Assembly: GCA_951804945.1 (NCBI GenBank)
Contig: OX638149.1
Span: 51,584,001 to 51,648,000, forward strand
Direction of reading: 5' to 3'
Length of the DNA stretch: 64,000 bases
Source: Podarcis cretensis
Lineage: Eukaryota
The translations under genes were made by a program, and so were the position numbers. Shown piece after piece: positions 12,612 to 39,133 of this stretch. Each line of letters begins with the position of its first letter. Positions within the stretch are counted from its first letter, which is position 1. The notes under the pieces were generated by a model. That model made no database searches, had not been told where the DNA came from, and saw nothing but the letters and a program-made list of their open reading frames with translations.

Positions 12612-15600
12612 AAAAATAAATAACTCAAAAACTACTGCTACTTAAAGTGTCCCTGAATTTGGTGCATTTGCCTGACCAGCTTATTCCTCCTATTCCCTGA
12701 TCCTTCTGTGTCTTGTCCCTCTGTTGAAGTGTGAGCTAATTTTGGCAGGGTGCCAATATATTGAATACTGTACAACACTTAACATACATTTAAGCACTTT
12801 AATAAATAGATTTCCCCACTGAATATTGCTCCCAGTACAGCAATCCCTTCCTTGTTCCTGTCTTCCATTTCTACATACTATATTTCATGTCAGGCTATCA
12901 TCTGGACACCCCTTCTATTGCCAAAAAATGGTCTGTCCTAGCAGGTATCTGGATAAAGAAGTTCTTTTGTGGCTCCTTTTTCACTATATGACCCTTTGTC
13001 CGAGCAGCTGAATCAGAGACTCATAAAATGTGTTGGCACTTCTTCAGCTTTCCAGTTCCTGCTATTACTGAGCAAAAAGCTGATGAACCACAGTTCTTCT
13101 CTTCCATTCCCTTTACACATACACCCCCAAGGCCCACTACCAATTCCCAAACTCTCATCCTCCCTTACTGCATTTTCCTTCCTTCAACCCAAGTTTGCAA
13201 GTTTAAGTAAATGCTCTCCCTATTCTGAATCCTGCTGCTTTTGGCAATGTGCCTTTTTCATTCCCATATTCCCACTTTCAATTCACGCTCTTGCACCTAT
13301 GTTCAGTGGATTAAAGGTAAAGGTAAAGGTACCCCTGCCCGTACGGGCCAGTCTTGACAGACTCTGGGGTTGTGCGCCCATCTCACTTAAGAGGCCAGGG
13401 GCCAGCGCTGTCCGGAGACACTTCCGGGTCATGTGGCCAGCGTGACATCGCTGCTCTGGCGAGCCAGAGCCGCACACGGAAACGCCGTTTACCTTCCCGC
13501 TGGTAAGCGGTCCCTATTTATCTACTTGCACCCGGAGGTGCTTTCGAACTGCTAGGTTGGCAGGCGCTGGGACCGAGCAGTGGGAGCGCACCCCGCCGCA
13601 GGGATTCGAACCGCCGACCTTTCGATCGGCAAGTCCTAGGCGCTGAGGCTTTAACCCACAGCGCCACCTGCGTCCCTTAGGTTCAGTGGATTACATACTA
13701 GGAAATGCGTCTATCTACTCAACTGTCTTCAAAAATAAACACAGTCACCTACAGCTTATTTTTCTTCATTTAATGGATGTTCTTAGAAGCCATTGCTTCC
13801 TGAGCAGCAGGGGTGAGGAAACTTGGGCCCAAGAGCTGCACTGCCCCATGGAGAACCTTACAAGGGCCATATGCAAGCCATGGAGGAGGCCAAGGCAAAA
13901 TTGGGTGGGGCACCGGATGGGACTCTGATTTTAGTATCATAGGCTACATTTAGTATCATAGGCTACATTCACACAAGCAAAAGGCATCATCACAGACATC
14001 TTCCAGCCAGGCAACAGTTCTCAAGGAGGGCACAGAACAGGGACAATGAAGGGTGTGGCCTAGTGAGAGTCATGAGGGCCTGAAAGAAAAGCCTAGAGAG
14101 CCACATTCACTCTCAAACCTGAGGTTTCCTAACACTGCTGAATGAGAAGGGAAAAGTACCATGGAAAAGTGAGGCTGTATCAAATCTTATTCCTATGCAG
14201 AGAAGACCCACTGAAACTAACAGACATGACTAACTTGGGTTCATTAATTTTAATGGGCCTACACCAAGCAGAATTTAGTTGGAGTCAACCCTTAGAGGTT
14301 GCAGGTTTTAGACTGGACCAGAACTTGAGGTAGCACATATTTTAGGGACAAAGGAGATCTAGTAGGAGAGCCCTTGAGGTTAGTAAATGAGAACCAAGCT
14401 GCAGCTCAGAAATCCCTCAGTATGGCCCAAATTGCTGAGCAAGGCAGACAATTAAAAAGTCCAGCTAAGCTGCCAAGGTGAGCTGCGCTACAGCTTTCCT
14501 GACCAGGGAAGAGTCACTAGCAGGAAGCCTTTCCTGTCCTGTACAAGGAAGACAAACATCCCTAATGCCAGCAATTCTTACATTTCTGCTGCCTTCACAG
14601 AAAACCAGGGGATGGGATTGGAAGCATCCACCTCTGCAGCTCTGTATTGCCAGAGACTAGGAATGCTGACAGAAATTATGAGGCATTTGAGGGACCTGGG
14701 TAAGATTTAGGGACGAGAACCAGCCTTGTTGTTCCTGTACCACAACTCTTTCCCCTCTAGAACAGCATTACTTACACCAAGGAGGACAAGAGACAAGTCC
14801 CTGGGAAGTTAGTTTGCTTCTGTGAGTTGTGCAATGTCATTTCCCCACCCCTTTGGCTATAAAAAATTCAAATGACTTTCCATTCAAATGAATTTATTTC
14901 AACTTTTGGAAAGAGGCAAGGAGGGTGCACTCTCCCCAGGCGCTCATTTTTTGGACTGAGGTAGCAAATCCAGTTATTACACCAGGGCCTTCTCACAGGA
15001 TGTTGCGGTTACCTCACTAATCCAAACCAGATGTTGAGGATCCCAGAGACCATTGCTTTCTTCATGCAGTAACCCAGGCCTCTCCCAGATGTGAGCAAGA
15101 TATCAAGGCTGAGAGAAACCCCCTCAGAAAGTCCAAACAGTACCAAATAAGACGACTCCATTTAGAAAGCATTTTGCATCTGCCTATTTCTTTAAGAGGC
15201 CTGTGATTGTTCTACAAAGGCATCAAACTAAACTCAGTTCTCCTTCTGTGAGAAGGATTACAAAACAGGCCACTTTGAAGCCTGAAGCCATGTACAGCCA
15301 GGTAGGCTGCATCTGGATAAAATCACTTCTTTTGGGATGCTTCCCACCTCCACCCCCGGCCATCTTCTGTGTTTGTCATTTCCTTCTACCTTCTATGACC
15401 CAAGATGAAAGCTTTCAATTGCCATAGGTAGCGCAAGATCTTCTGCCTCAATCCACAAAGGAGATCTACCTAGCCCAGCATCTTGCTTCAAAGAGTAACA
15501 AGCCACACGCTGCTAGGGACTTGCTTCAAATCTTAATGTAACCCAGGATACCCTGCCCTCTTGGACATTTTGTTCCTGCTGTAGAATGACATTTAACAAC

Positions 15601-18600
15601 AGCTGTACATACTGAAACTTTTCGTGGACAGTGCTTGCATTATTCAGGGACTGAAGACAAGGAGGCAGGGCACTCTCCTGAAACAAACACTTGGCAGTTA
15701 AGAGCAGTGTGCCTATGTTGCAGCTTCAGAGGCACACAGATCACCCATTCTGAAAGAAAACAACAGGAAACACAGGACAGAGAGCCCCAGGGAGCTACGT
15801 TTTGGGCAGCCTATGCACTGATGAATACAACCAGCAATAAAGGGGGGGGGGAAGGCCCCACATTGCAGCCAAATCTGATGTTCCCTCTTGTGGCAAAACC
15901 AAAATGTTATTCTGTGCAGAGATTCTTTTAGATTAGATCAGCAATACTTCCAGAAAAACACCTCCCTACACCATGGAAGCATGGAAAAAATATTAGATAT
16001 GAAGCAAAAACAAAGAATTATGAAGTGGATATAAAGAGTGAAGGACACACAGTCTTTCCCCCCCTTTTTAAATGTCTTAGCAAGGACAGAAAACATGATG
16101 TTCCGATGTTGTACAGTACTAAGAAACTCTGCCAAAGCCCACCAATCAGGGACTCTAGGTGATGGTGCCCACAAATAGAGGGAGCCAGCGAACTCTTAAT
16201 GACTCAAACACACACACACACACACACAAAGAGCAGATGCCCCTTCATCACAACATGAGAAACCAGCAGTAACTCTGCTACTGGAAGCCCCAAAACATCC
16301 CAATAAGCAGGGGTTCAAGACTCCTTTTGCTGCTCTCAAACACAATTTTGTAGCCAAAACACGCAAAGGAAAGGAAGAAGATCCCACCCAACACAGCACT
16401 CATGTTGTTCCCATAGCACATAAAGAGCCGATCCCAAGTGGTGCCGGAAAGAGGCAAGTTGAGGGGCAGTTCAAGGTCCAGGCAAGAAGTGTTCCAGCCT
16501 GGTCCTGAGGTCTTTGAGCTGGAGCTACCGGAACCACACCCAGGGGTCCAGCTGAGTTTCATGAGCTGTTGTCAAAGAAAGACTCCCAAATCTGGTACTT
16601 CCCTTTTTGGACAGGTTTCCATTTGCTGTTTAAAACATTGTTGCTCCTACAAGCTCAGGGTCCATCCAGCCTTAGCTTCTGAGGCGAAACTCTCCCACTG
16701 TGCCAACTGCCCCACAGCAGCCTTGTCCAAGAGTCCCAACTTACTCTCTCCCCAGATCTAGTCAGGTCTGGGGCTTTTCTAAGTACTGGGGGCTCCAGGT
16801 CATCCTCAGATGAGGAATTCTCCAGCTAATACATAGCACAGGGGTAGGCAAACTAAGGCCCGGGGGACGGATGCAGCCCAATCGCCTTCTCAATCCAGCC
16901 TATGGACGGTCCGGGAATCAGCGTGTTTTTACATGAGTAGAGTGCGTCCTTTTATTTAAAATGCATCTCTGGGTTATTTGTGGGGCATAGGCATTCATTC
17001 ATCCCCCCCCCAAAAAAATATAGTCCGGCCCCCCACATGGTCTGAGGGACAGTGGACCGGCCCACGGCTGAAAAAGGTTGCTGACCCCTGACATAGCAGC
17101 AGTAGTGGGGGCTCTCCAGCCTGCAAGATTATTTAGGCCCACCAGGCTGCCCCATTTGGCCTGCGAAGGCATTTTGGTCAATCCAAGCCCATCTGTCCTA
17201 CACCGGATGTTATATATGTCATCAGATGTCAGGCAAACAAAGATAAAGCTGGGCCAAAAACGGTCTTGCTTGCAAAGCAGCTGATTGCAGGCACCTACAA
17301 AGTACTGTGCCCTTGGTTTGATTTCAAGCTGTGCAGGTCAAAGGAAGATGGGTCACCTGACATTATGGTGATGTTGGCTGACTGACAGGTGGGCAACCCC
17401 ATCCACCCATTAAAGTTGGCCCCTGGGTGGTGGGGAACATAAGGACCCTCAAGTCTTCTGACCAGCCAATTCCCCACTCCAGAACAGGGCATGGAGCTGA
17501 GAAGCAACCCATGCCCACTCAGCTAGTGTCACTGTAGTATCGAATTACAATGAAATTCTCTCCCACTGAATAATATTAATTATTATTATTATTAATTATT
17601 ACTTAAACCGCAGACATCCAACTGGCTTGCCCCAGACACTCTGGGCATCTTTCAACATAATATAAAAACACAGTGAGACATCAAACATTAAAAACTTCCC
17701 AATACAGGGCTGTATTTGGAAAGTTGTGTAATTGTTCATTCTTTGACATCTGATGTGGTGGCATTCTACAGGGCGAGTGCCACTACTGAGAAGGCTCTCT
17801 GCCGGATTCCGTGTAACTTCACTTCTCACAATGAGGGAACCACCAGAAGGCCCTCAGAACTGGACCTCAGAGCTGAATGATGGGGGCGAAGCTGCTCTTT
17901 TAGGTATACAGAGCCGAGGCCATGAAATCAGTGAGACCTGAAATTTCTTAAACTTGAATAGATTCTGCCTGAACTTGCAAGCAGAAATGGAAACACTGCA
18001 ACCAGGGTGTGGCGCAAACTCAGTGAAACGTTACACAAAGTGGCCATTGTCTGCCGAGCAATCATGTGTGGGTTTGCATATTGCAGGGTTCCCCACAAAG
18101 CACTCCAGTGTTAAAAAAACAAAACCCCAACCTTCTAGATGTCCGTCCCCCCGTTATGTAAACCTAGTAAGCAACCTGGAGGAAACTAAAATCTGGATCA
18201 AGTAGAGGAACTCTAAAAAAGAAATAGAAGCATAGAGATACCCTGAAATACACATAAATTGGTCAATCAACACGTTTTGAATTAATGCTCAAGGTGGTAT
18301 AGAAAAGTTGAATACAATGGAAATAATAGCTAAATATAACCTCCATTCTTCCTGTGTGCTAATATAATGTTACTGTTAAAACCTTCCTACCCTACAGCAA
18401 TGAAATATGGAGTGACACTGTGACATAAAGAGGAAATGGGGGGGGGGGGAGATGACATTTTATTACAGTGGTACCTTGGGTTACATACGCTTCAGGTTAC
18501 ATACACTTCAGGTTACACACTCCGCTAACCCAGAAATAGTGCTTCAGGGTAAGAACAGAAATCGGGCTCTGGCGGCGCAGCGGCGGCAGGAGGCCCCATT

Positions 18601-21600
18601 AGCTAAAGTGGTGTTTCAGGTTAAGAACAGTTTCAGGTTAAGAACGGACCTCCAGAACGAATTAAGTACTTAACCTGAGGTACCACTGTAGAAGCAAATC
18701 TTCCAGAAGCATAGAAATGAACAGCACAACTAGATAATGTGCAGGGGTGTGGGAAGTGTATTTACAGAACAATCCTATTCTCGTGCTATGACAAAGAGGC
18801 AGTAGATAAGTCATCACTTTGTTGGCTGAATAACTGCCACACCCAATGCAAGCTCAACCTGAAACAGTGTGGTGTGGAACACACAGCACAGAAACCCCAA
18901 AAGCAGTATAAACACAACAGACACAAACTCACTGCCCCTAGAAACATCCTAAAGCCCACCAGTTAAGGACTATGCCTGGAATGAGAGCCAGTGTGGCGTG
19001 GTAGGGAGAGTATTGGACTAGGACCTGGAAGAACGGAGTTCAAATCCCCACTCGGATATGAAGTGCACAGGGTGACTTTGCGCTAGTCACAATCTCTCAG
19101 CCTAACCTACTGTACAAGTGTGTTGCAACAGTGAAATGGAGATGGGGACAACCATGTATACTACCTTGAACTCCTGGAGGAAAGGCAGGATATAAATGTA
19201 ATAGTGAAGGATGCCCACCAATGGGGCATTTGCCTCCCACTCACCCTTCCAAGCCCCAACATCCAATTATAGGTGCTAGGAGCACAAGGGTTGCAGGAGA
19301 AGCCCTGGTTTGTTAGAAAAGTGCAGCATGACTTCTACTAAACCCTGCAGCCCCTCAACCAGCAGAGAGCAGGCCTTTTCTGTGGTAGTTCCTCATCTGT
19401 GGAATGCTCTCCCCAGAAAGGCTCACCTGCCACCATCATTACATGTTTTTAGGCGCCAAGGAAAAACATTCCTCTTTACCCAGGCCTTCAGCCATTAAAT
19501 AATCTACGGCTTGTTAAATGTGTTTGTGGCAGGGACTGTTATTGTGAATATTTTATTAGCATGCATCTATAATTATGCTCTGCATTATGTTTTTTATTAT
19601 TATGCTCCGTGAAATATGTTCTTGATGTTGTACACCACCCTGGGATCTTCTGATAAAGGGTGGTATATAAACTGAATAAATAATAATAACAATAATAATC
19701 TTCACTGTAGGATTGTGCCCTTAAGTTTCTGGTATCTTCTTACTCCAAGCACCTGACATGTCCTCCACCACACAGCGTATATTGTATAATAATATTACGG
19801 CTCCCTCCAGTGGATCATGCTGTTGATGCACTGGGAGAGGGAATCAAACACTTCTCCAAACTTTGAGGCTACTTGTTGCTGGGAACAGAGCAAGGGCAAC
19901 AACATGAATTGGTGTGAGATAATCTTCAAGTGTACCAACATAGTGTCAGCAGCACTTTTTAAAATTATGACTGCTTGCAGTCTTGTCTGCCTTGGTAAAA
20001 GAAACAGTTTTTACCCCATGAAATAAGGCAGCATGGCTTGGATCATGAGCAAGAACATCAACACACACGAAAAGAAGAGTAGCAATTACTGACAAAAACA
20101 CATGACCAGCATGTCAAAGATTAGAGCCCTGCTGGATCATATCAAAGGGCTGTTTAGACCAGTAGTGGCACACCTTTTTTCAGACCAGGCTCCCTATTTC
20201 CTTCTGAGCGCCACATGTCAGTGGTGGGTGGGGCAGCAGCAAAAGAAAGCAGAGCAATGAATGCAAATTTAACCTTTCTATACACACACATACTCATACA
20301 CCTCTCTTTATCTTCTATCCAGACAAGCAAGCCACATCATTAGAATTCCAACTAGGCAACAATATTTAGGGTGTGAAGGGTATCACCTGGGAAGAGTTCC
20401 AAGTGCCAGAGAGAGAGGTTTGGAGAACTGTGTTTGGTCACCAGGCCTGAGGTTCTCCATCCCTGACTGAGACCAACATCTTGTTTCCCAGTTACCAACC
20501 AGATGCCTCTGGGCAAAAACCACCCCCCCCCAGTAAATGGCAATTCAGAGACATCATGATTAGTTACAACTGATACTTTTAAAAGCAAAGTGGGAAATAA
20601 GATTATCTAAATCCTCATGTTAAAACTCGACTGTTAGCTGACTGTGCCTCTTCAGACTGTGGGTGGGTGATCAAATGTAGAAATGCTTTCTGATATTTTA
20701 GGTATACACTTGTCTGTGCAGAAAAATTATCAGTGGGAGGGAATGTGGACATTCATCCCTCACTTGTAGTCTTTAAGAATTTGGTGGAGCACATGGTTTC
20801 TATACAACTGGGCATCATAGGAGCCAACTCCTAGGGGCTGTGGGGGCTTTGGCCCCCATAATGTTGATGGGCATTTCTATTCAAATGGTGTGTGTGCACT
20901 GTGTCATGTGATTGATTATGCGGGGCGGGGTTTACCTGGGCCCCCACAATATTTTATTTAAATTGGCACCCCTGCTGGGCATTCAAAAGCATCACTGCCT
21001 CTGACAGCAGTGCAGACCCATGAATCCTCTTTTATAGGCACCTAAGCTGGTGGCCTGGGACGCAGGTGGCGCTGTGGGTTAAAGCCTCAGCGCCTAGGGC
21101 TTGCCGATCGAAAGGTTGGTGGTTCGAATCCCTGCGGCGGGGTGTGTTCCCGCTGCTCGGTCCCAGCGCCTGCCAACCTAGCAGTTCGAAAGCACCTCCG
21201 GGTGCAAGTAGATAAATAGGGACCGCTTACCAGCGGGAAGGTAAACGGCGTTTCCGTGTGCGGCTCTGGCTCTGGCTCTGGCCAGAGCAGCGATGTCACG
21301 CTGGCCACGTGACCCGGAAGTGTCTCCGGACAGCGCTGGCCCCTGGCCTCTTAAGTGAGATGGGCGCACAACCCCAGAGTCTGTCAAGACTGGCCCGTAC
21401 GGGCAGGGGTACCTTTACCTTTACCTTTTTAAGCTGGTGGCCACCACTGGGGGAGTGATCACAGATGGAGGCTAATATTCTGCCTTAAACCATGGTAGAG
21501 CATTGGCTACTTGGTGGCCCTGCCTGGCAGCACTCTCCTCCCTTCTCTGGTGCTAGGATACCTTGAAGGAGAACACAGAGGGGATCACGCCCGCCTTCAG

Positions 21601-22032
21601 CCTTTTCTGTCCTCCATACACCTCGAACTCATCCTGGAAGAAATGATCTGAGCAGATGCAGGCGCCTGAGCCTGGGATCCACAGCTTCCTGGAGCCTGGC
21701 TCAATGCGATTCACAGCCAGCATCCACTTCTTCCTCAGTTCATGGGCTTTGGGGAAGCTGGAGGAGGAAGAAGAGATGGCAAACTATAAATCCCACTGAC
21801 TTTCCCCACATGGGCTGATGGTGCAGGTGACGACACCGACTGACACAAAGCCCCGCCCACAACCCCACACCTGCCCCGCCCCCTCCGCTAATAGGCTTAG
21901 AACCAGCCACACTCTCCATGAGGAGGCCCCATTACGGTATTCAGATGCAGACCTGTGGAATGAGAGGCCCTTGGCCCGGTTCTCCCGCGTGTCCCGGTTG
22001 GGACAGTTAACGGCCGAGCAGGCTTTAGGCAT
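2937..22032 (-). CDS. THAP9-like P-element transposase-derived gene, ~907 aa, 6 coding exons: 22032-21953, 21757-21562, 10264-10145, 9266-9038, 8274-8121, 4881-2937
   Basis: Exons join in phase (80+196+120+229+154+1945 = 2724 nt) with GT-AG boundaries and no stops. The translation is collinear with human THAP9 as recalled, from the THAP finger to the C-terminal CxxC. Orthology to THAP9 is not established, so no symbol is given. Exon 3 is the least certain. Confidence 0.88.
5732..5946. mobile_element. Non-autonomous Tc1/mariner (Tigger-like) MITE
   Basis: TIRs CAGCGGTACCTTGG...CCAAGGTACCACTG with TA on both sides; same family at 18466 and 61073. Confidence 0.85.
6490..6660 (+). mobile_element. 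Degraded MIR/CORE-type (Squam3-like) SINE
   Basis: gatgaccttgggtcagtcaccatctcttagc...cacagggttgttgtgaggataaaatgg core; homologous to 18983-19203. Confidence 0.6.
7625..7812 (-). mobile_element. Old tRNA-derived SINE (reverse orientation)
   Basis: Reverse-complement B-box-like gggactgaaccagggaccttctgcttgcaag; related relics at ~10995-11820 (split by CR1), ~40540-40650 and ~58775-58915. Confidence 0.55.
8121..8274 (-). CDS. THAP9-like exon 5 (helical/HTH region)
   Basis: Acceptor ctctttacttcagcag|, donor CAC|gtatgt. Translates (D)[50 protein letters not shown](T), resembling THAP9 FACTLYLCSSKVYDYVRKILKLP. Confidence 0.9.
9038..9266 (-). CDS. THAP9-like exon 4 (HCF-1-binding motif EHQY plus coiled-coil)
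   Basis: Acceptor tttgtcttcctgtag|, donor GCG|gtaagc. Translates [12 protein letters not shown]...EHMLRSQFS(D), resembling THAP9 DHNYSL...LLRAQFSD. Confidence 0.88.
10145..10264 (-). CDS. THAP9-like exon 3 (low-complexity linker; donor uncertain)
   Basis: Acceptor tctttctcaatacag|GAA and best phase-0 donor GCA|gtacgt; 120 nt, phase 0/0, which fits exons 2 and 4. Translates [40 protein letters not shown]. Confidence 0.6.
11060..11750 (-). mobile_element. 5'-truncated young CR1 LINE (ORF2 C-terminus and 3' tail)
   Basis: Uninterrupted ORF ...[32 protein letters not shown]...[19 protein letters not shown]...; (ATTCTATG)n tail seen as catagaatcatagaatcataga. Confidence 0.95.
12545..12608. repeat. 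Compound (TG)n(TA)n microsatellite
   Basis: Directly visible. Confidence 0.95.
13314..13676 (-). mobile_element. Full-length Sauria SINE (Squam1)
   Basis: tRNA-like head (GGGACGCAGGTGGCGCTGTGG...GGTTCGAATCCC), (ACCTTT)n tail, 13-bp TSD GTTCAGTGGATTA at 13301-13313 and 13681-13693. Confidence 0.95.
16839..17090. mobile_element. Non-autonomous hAT element
   Basis: Ends CAGGGGTAGGCAAAC...GTTGCTGACCCCTG; perfect 8-bp TSD ACATAGCA. Confidence 0.9.
17572..17980 (-). mobile_element. L2-type LINE 3' fragment
   Basis: (TTA)n tail followed by reverse-complement L2-like 3' motifs (gagtgccactactgagaaggctctctgcc); boundaries approximate. Confidence 0.5.
18466..18688. mobile_element. Tc1/mariner (Tigger-like) MITE
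   Basis: TA-CAGTGGTACCT...AGGTACCACTG-TA; internal CAGGTTA repeats as in the 5732 copy. Confidence 0.88.
18983..19203 (+). mobile_element. MIR/CORE-type (Squam3-like) SINE
   Basis: GAGAGCCAGTGTGG head, B-box gttcaaatcc, gggtgactttg...tctctcagcctaacctac core, A-rich end. Confidence 0.7.
19340..19700 (+). mobile_element. L2-type LINE 3' end
   Basis: Translates ...[14 protein letters not shown]...[10 protein letters not shown] (typical L2 ORF2 C-terminus); terminal hairpin caccctggg...aagggtgg; (AAT)n tail. Confidence 0.75.
20816..20974. mobile_element. Short hAT-like MITE
   Basis: Imperfect TIRs CATAGGAGCCAA / TTGGCACCCCTG; perfect 8-bp TSD CTGGGCAT (20808-20815, 20975-20982). Confidence 0.8.
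21057..21429 (+). mobile_element. Full-length Sauria SINE
   Basis: Head GGGACGCAGGTGGCGC, tail (ACCTTT)3, 13-bp TSD TAAGCTGGTGGCC. Confidence 0.95.
21562..21757 (-). CDS. THAP9-like exon 2 (THAP domain C-terminal part)
   Basis: Acceptor cttcttcctcctccag|. Translates (S)[65 protein letters not shown] with the invariant P, W, CxxHF and AVPTIF-like box. Absent from the ORF track. Confidence 0.93.
21953..22032 (-). CDS. THAP9-like exon 1 (THAP domain N-terminus)
   Basis: Translates [26 protein letters not shown](S) with the CxxxxC zinc ligands; 80 nt; donor CAG|gtctgc. Confidence 0.92.
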
Positions 22033-22234
22033 CGTCTCCGACTCCACGGCGAAAAGCCCCAATCCCGGCTCCCGCCAAGCGCGGTTACTTTGCCTCGAGC
22101 GTCATGGCGGCAACGTCCGCGGCGCACTCTGAACTGACCCCGGAGGCGACCCGTCGGAGGGAAACACCCCGCGCGCGGATTGGTCCCCGCGGCGACCTTT
22201 TGCCGGCCGCGGTGGGTGCTGGGAAAAAGAAAAC

Positions 22235-36792
<14,558 letters not shown>

Positions 36793-38721
36793 GGATTCAG
36801 GAGAGACTTTGCAGCTTGTGGCCATCAGCGAAACACCAATTGCACCTTGAGTCCACCTGGAAGAATTGAACAGGATTGCTTTTTAGCCGAGCATGGCTAG
36901 GGGCTTCTTGAGAAGGAGAAATGGACATGCCTGGCACTTGCTCAAAAACTCTCTGGACATTATTTTCTATTTGAAATGACCCCAACCTTCATCTAATGGA
37001 ATATTGGCCCTTCCAGAGAATCCCCCGCTGCTGCTGCGTACTGCACAAGGGTTGCCAATTGACCTCTGTGCTGCTGCTGTTTCCACTTCCCCCAGCCCCT
37101 GGCTGTTATTAGCAGAATATGTTTGGGGGGAGAAGGAAGCTGTGTCTGAAACTCTTCCAAGGGAAATGGCAATAAACAGGGGAATGGTGGGGAATCCCCA
37201 GGGCCTAGACTGTCTTCTAGAACAGGGGGAAGTTTTGATTTTGGCACAAGGTCATTCTTGCTGGCCATGCCTTGAACCAATGTGATATAATTAGATCCCT
37301 TTTTGAGAGCAGCGACTTAAAAGCCTCCATCTGTAGCAAGCAGCAAAAGATCAAGGCATGCTTGGGTGGGCTTGTGCAAGATATTTGCAGTGTTACGCAA
37401 ATATGCTGGACAGCTGGGGAAACGTACATTTCTTACCCTGTCACACACACCCTGAACCGTGGGTTCTTGTTGTTGAGAAGAGAGCATCTTCAGTTGAGGA
37501 ATGAAGAGGTTATTGGGCCTGCTGTTTCATATAACCTGTTGCTTCGTCTCCTTGGTGCCCTCTTGGTTTCCTTTCAGACCTTTATGGAAACTGCTAACAA
37601 AACAGGGCAGTGGCCGCTCAGTCCACTGGCTCTGGTGCTGTTTGTGCAACCACTGCTGTTGCTGGCCTCCCTTCCCCGGTGAGATCTACCTGAATAGCAT
37701 GGCCCCATCTGTGCTGTGCTGTGGGGAAAGGAAGTAGTTTCAAGGAAAGCGGCTTCCCCTTGTCGAAGCTTCACTGCTGCCCCTTTGCTCCTTCTAGCCC
37801 AGCATTCTGGGTTTCTTTCTTTCTTAAACGACTCCAGTTACAGTTCTGCTGGTGTAGATGAAGAACAGGAGCAGATGAAAGTGCTCTCTTCCATCCCACA
37901 ATGCTGCTTTGATGTTCAGGACAGAAGCTATCCTGCCACAAAGCCCACTCTTGCATCTGCATGCCTTTCCCCCCTGCCTTGGTTTATGTTCTTCTGTTGG
38001 AAGAAGAATCTCTTCATCACACTGGGAAACTCAATCCACGTGAAGCGGTGCTTGCTGTTGTAACCATTTTACATTTACCTTGCATGATAGTTGCTGTTGC
38101 AGCTGTGGGTTCATCTGAAGACTTGCATCGTGCCCATTGTACATTCTGTGAAGGTAGCAAGTCTGCCTAATCGCTCTTCACTGGGAAATCAACCACTAAG
38201 AGTACACTGGAATGATGACTTTGGTTTCAGTAAGATGCTCTTGCTAGAGAGAGAGAGATGAGGTTTATCAGGGTAGCTTGAGGACCCACTTTATGATGGA
38301 GCAACATCTTGCCTATTTCCATATCTGCATATTCATTAGTGCAATTGACCTGCTTTCTCCTTGCACACTTCCCCAAGAAGGTAAATGGCTGCATGGGCTT
38401 ACTGGAAATCTCTTCCCCGCCCCCTTGGGTCTGCTCCACTTCTCATTTTTTGCTCCCTGGGTTCTGAAAATGCACTGATGTTTTAACTTTGATTATTGCA
38501 AATTTGTCTTAAAGTGCTCCTTTCCAAGGCCAGGAGTTTGCAGAGCTTTGGTTTGGCCTGGTGTGCTCTCGACTGGAAGAGGGTTCTCTTCTTGGGCTGT
38601 CTGTGTACTTTGAGTTAAAACGGTAGTATTAATGAGCTTTGTTGTGGCCAAGGTTGGGCCTCTGCTGTGTGGGGGAGTCCAAAGGGGAGTGATATGGATT
38701 CTCTCCCTCCCACCCCAAGTG

Positions 38722-38727
38722 AATAAA
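38722..38727 (+). terminator. Likely distal ARFGAP2 poly(A) signal (proximal candidate at 37171-37176)
   Basis: AATAAA followed by a GU/U-rich downstream element (gtgtgtgttccatttctgtgacttcctttttt). Confidence 0.55.
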
Positions 38728-39127
38728 ATCAAATACGTGTGTGTTCCATTTCTGTGACTTCCTTTTTTTAATTCAGATGTAGCTGATGGACCCCAGAGAC
38801 ACTGGGGCAGGCAGAGCTACTCCCTTTTCTATGCCATGGGCTAGGAAGGGAAGTTAGCAGACTTCAGGTGAGGTGCGAAGAGGACACAGTCTGGGTGTGA
38901 AAGCAGCCTTCAAGGATTACCAATTTGTGTTGATATTTTCCTTATGAAAAATGAGCTGATTTGAAACACCCTCTGATTAATACAGTTTTTTTAAAAAAAC
39001 TTTGTGCCTTCCCTAGGAAGACACTTGCCAATGATTTAGTGGAGTTTTGAGCGGTATTGTCACCTTTCGCATTCCCTCAAGGTTGTAATGAATCTCAGAC
39101 ACACATTACTTGCCTTTTACAACATGC

Positions 39128-39133
39128 TTTATT
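39128..39133 (-). terminator. Candidate CSTPP1 poly(A) signal
   Basis: TTTATT on + strand, ~730 nt past the CSTPP1 stop. Confidence 0.4.

Noticed and set aside
13929-13968. Short tandem duplications (also at ~23269, ~49140, ~60934)
   Set aside because: Two-copy 15-19 bp slippage events; not CRISPR-like and with no functional indication.
16278-16830. GC-balanced stretch with short ORFs, considered as an extra THAP9-like exon or an LTR relic
   Set aside because: No homology or consistent splice sites, and no definable termini.
21087-21458. Recurrent small ORFs ([14 protein letters not shown]..., MCGSGSPEQ...) also at 13283, 47547 and 58415
   Set aside because: Translations of Sauria SINE copies.
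21784-21952. ORF-track extension of THAP exon 1 (SASEYRNG...) and its upstream TTG start
   Set aside because: Intron read-through; the THAP domain continues in the exon at 21757-21562 and the real start is the ATG at 22032.
2800-22100. THAP9-like locus as an active autonomous P element
   Set aside because: No TIRs or 8-bp TSD seen around it; introns are long and full of old repeats; it shares a host CpG-island promoter.
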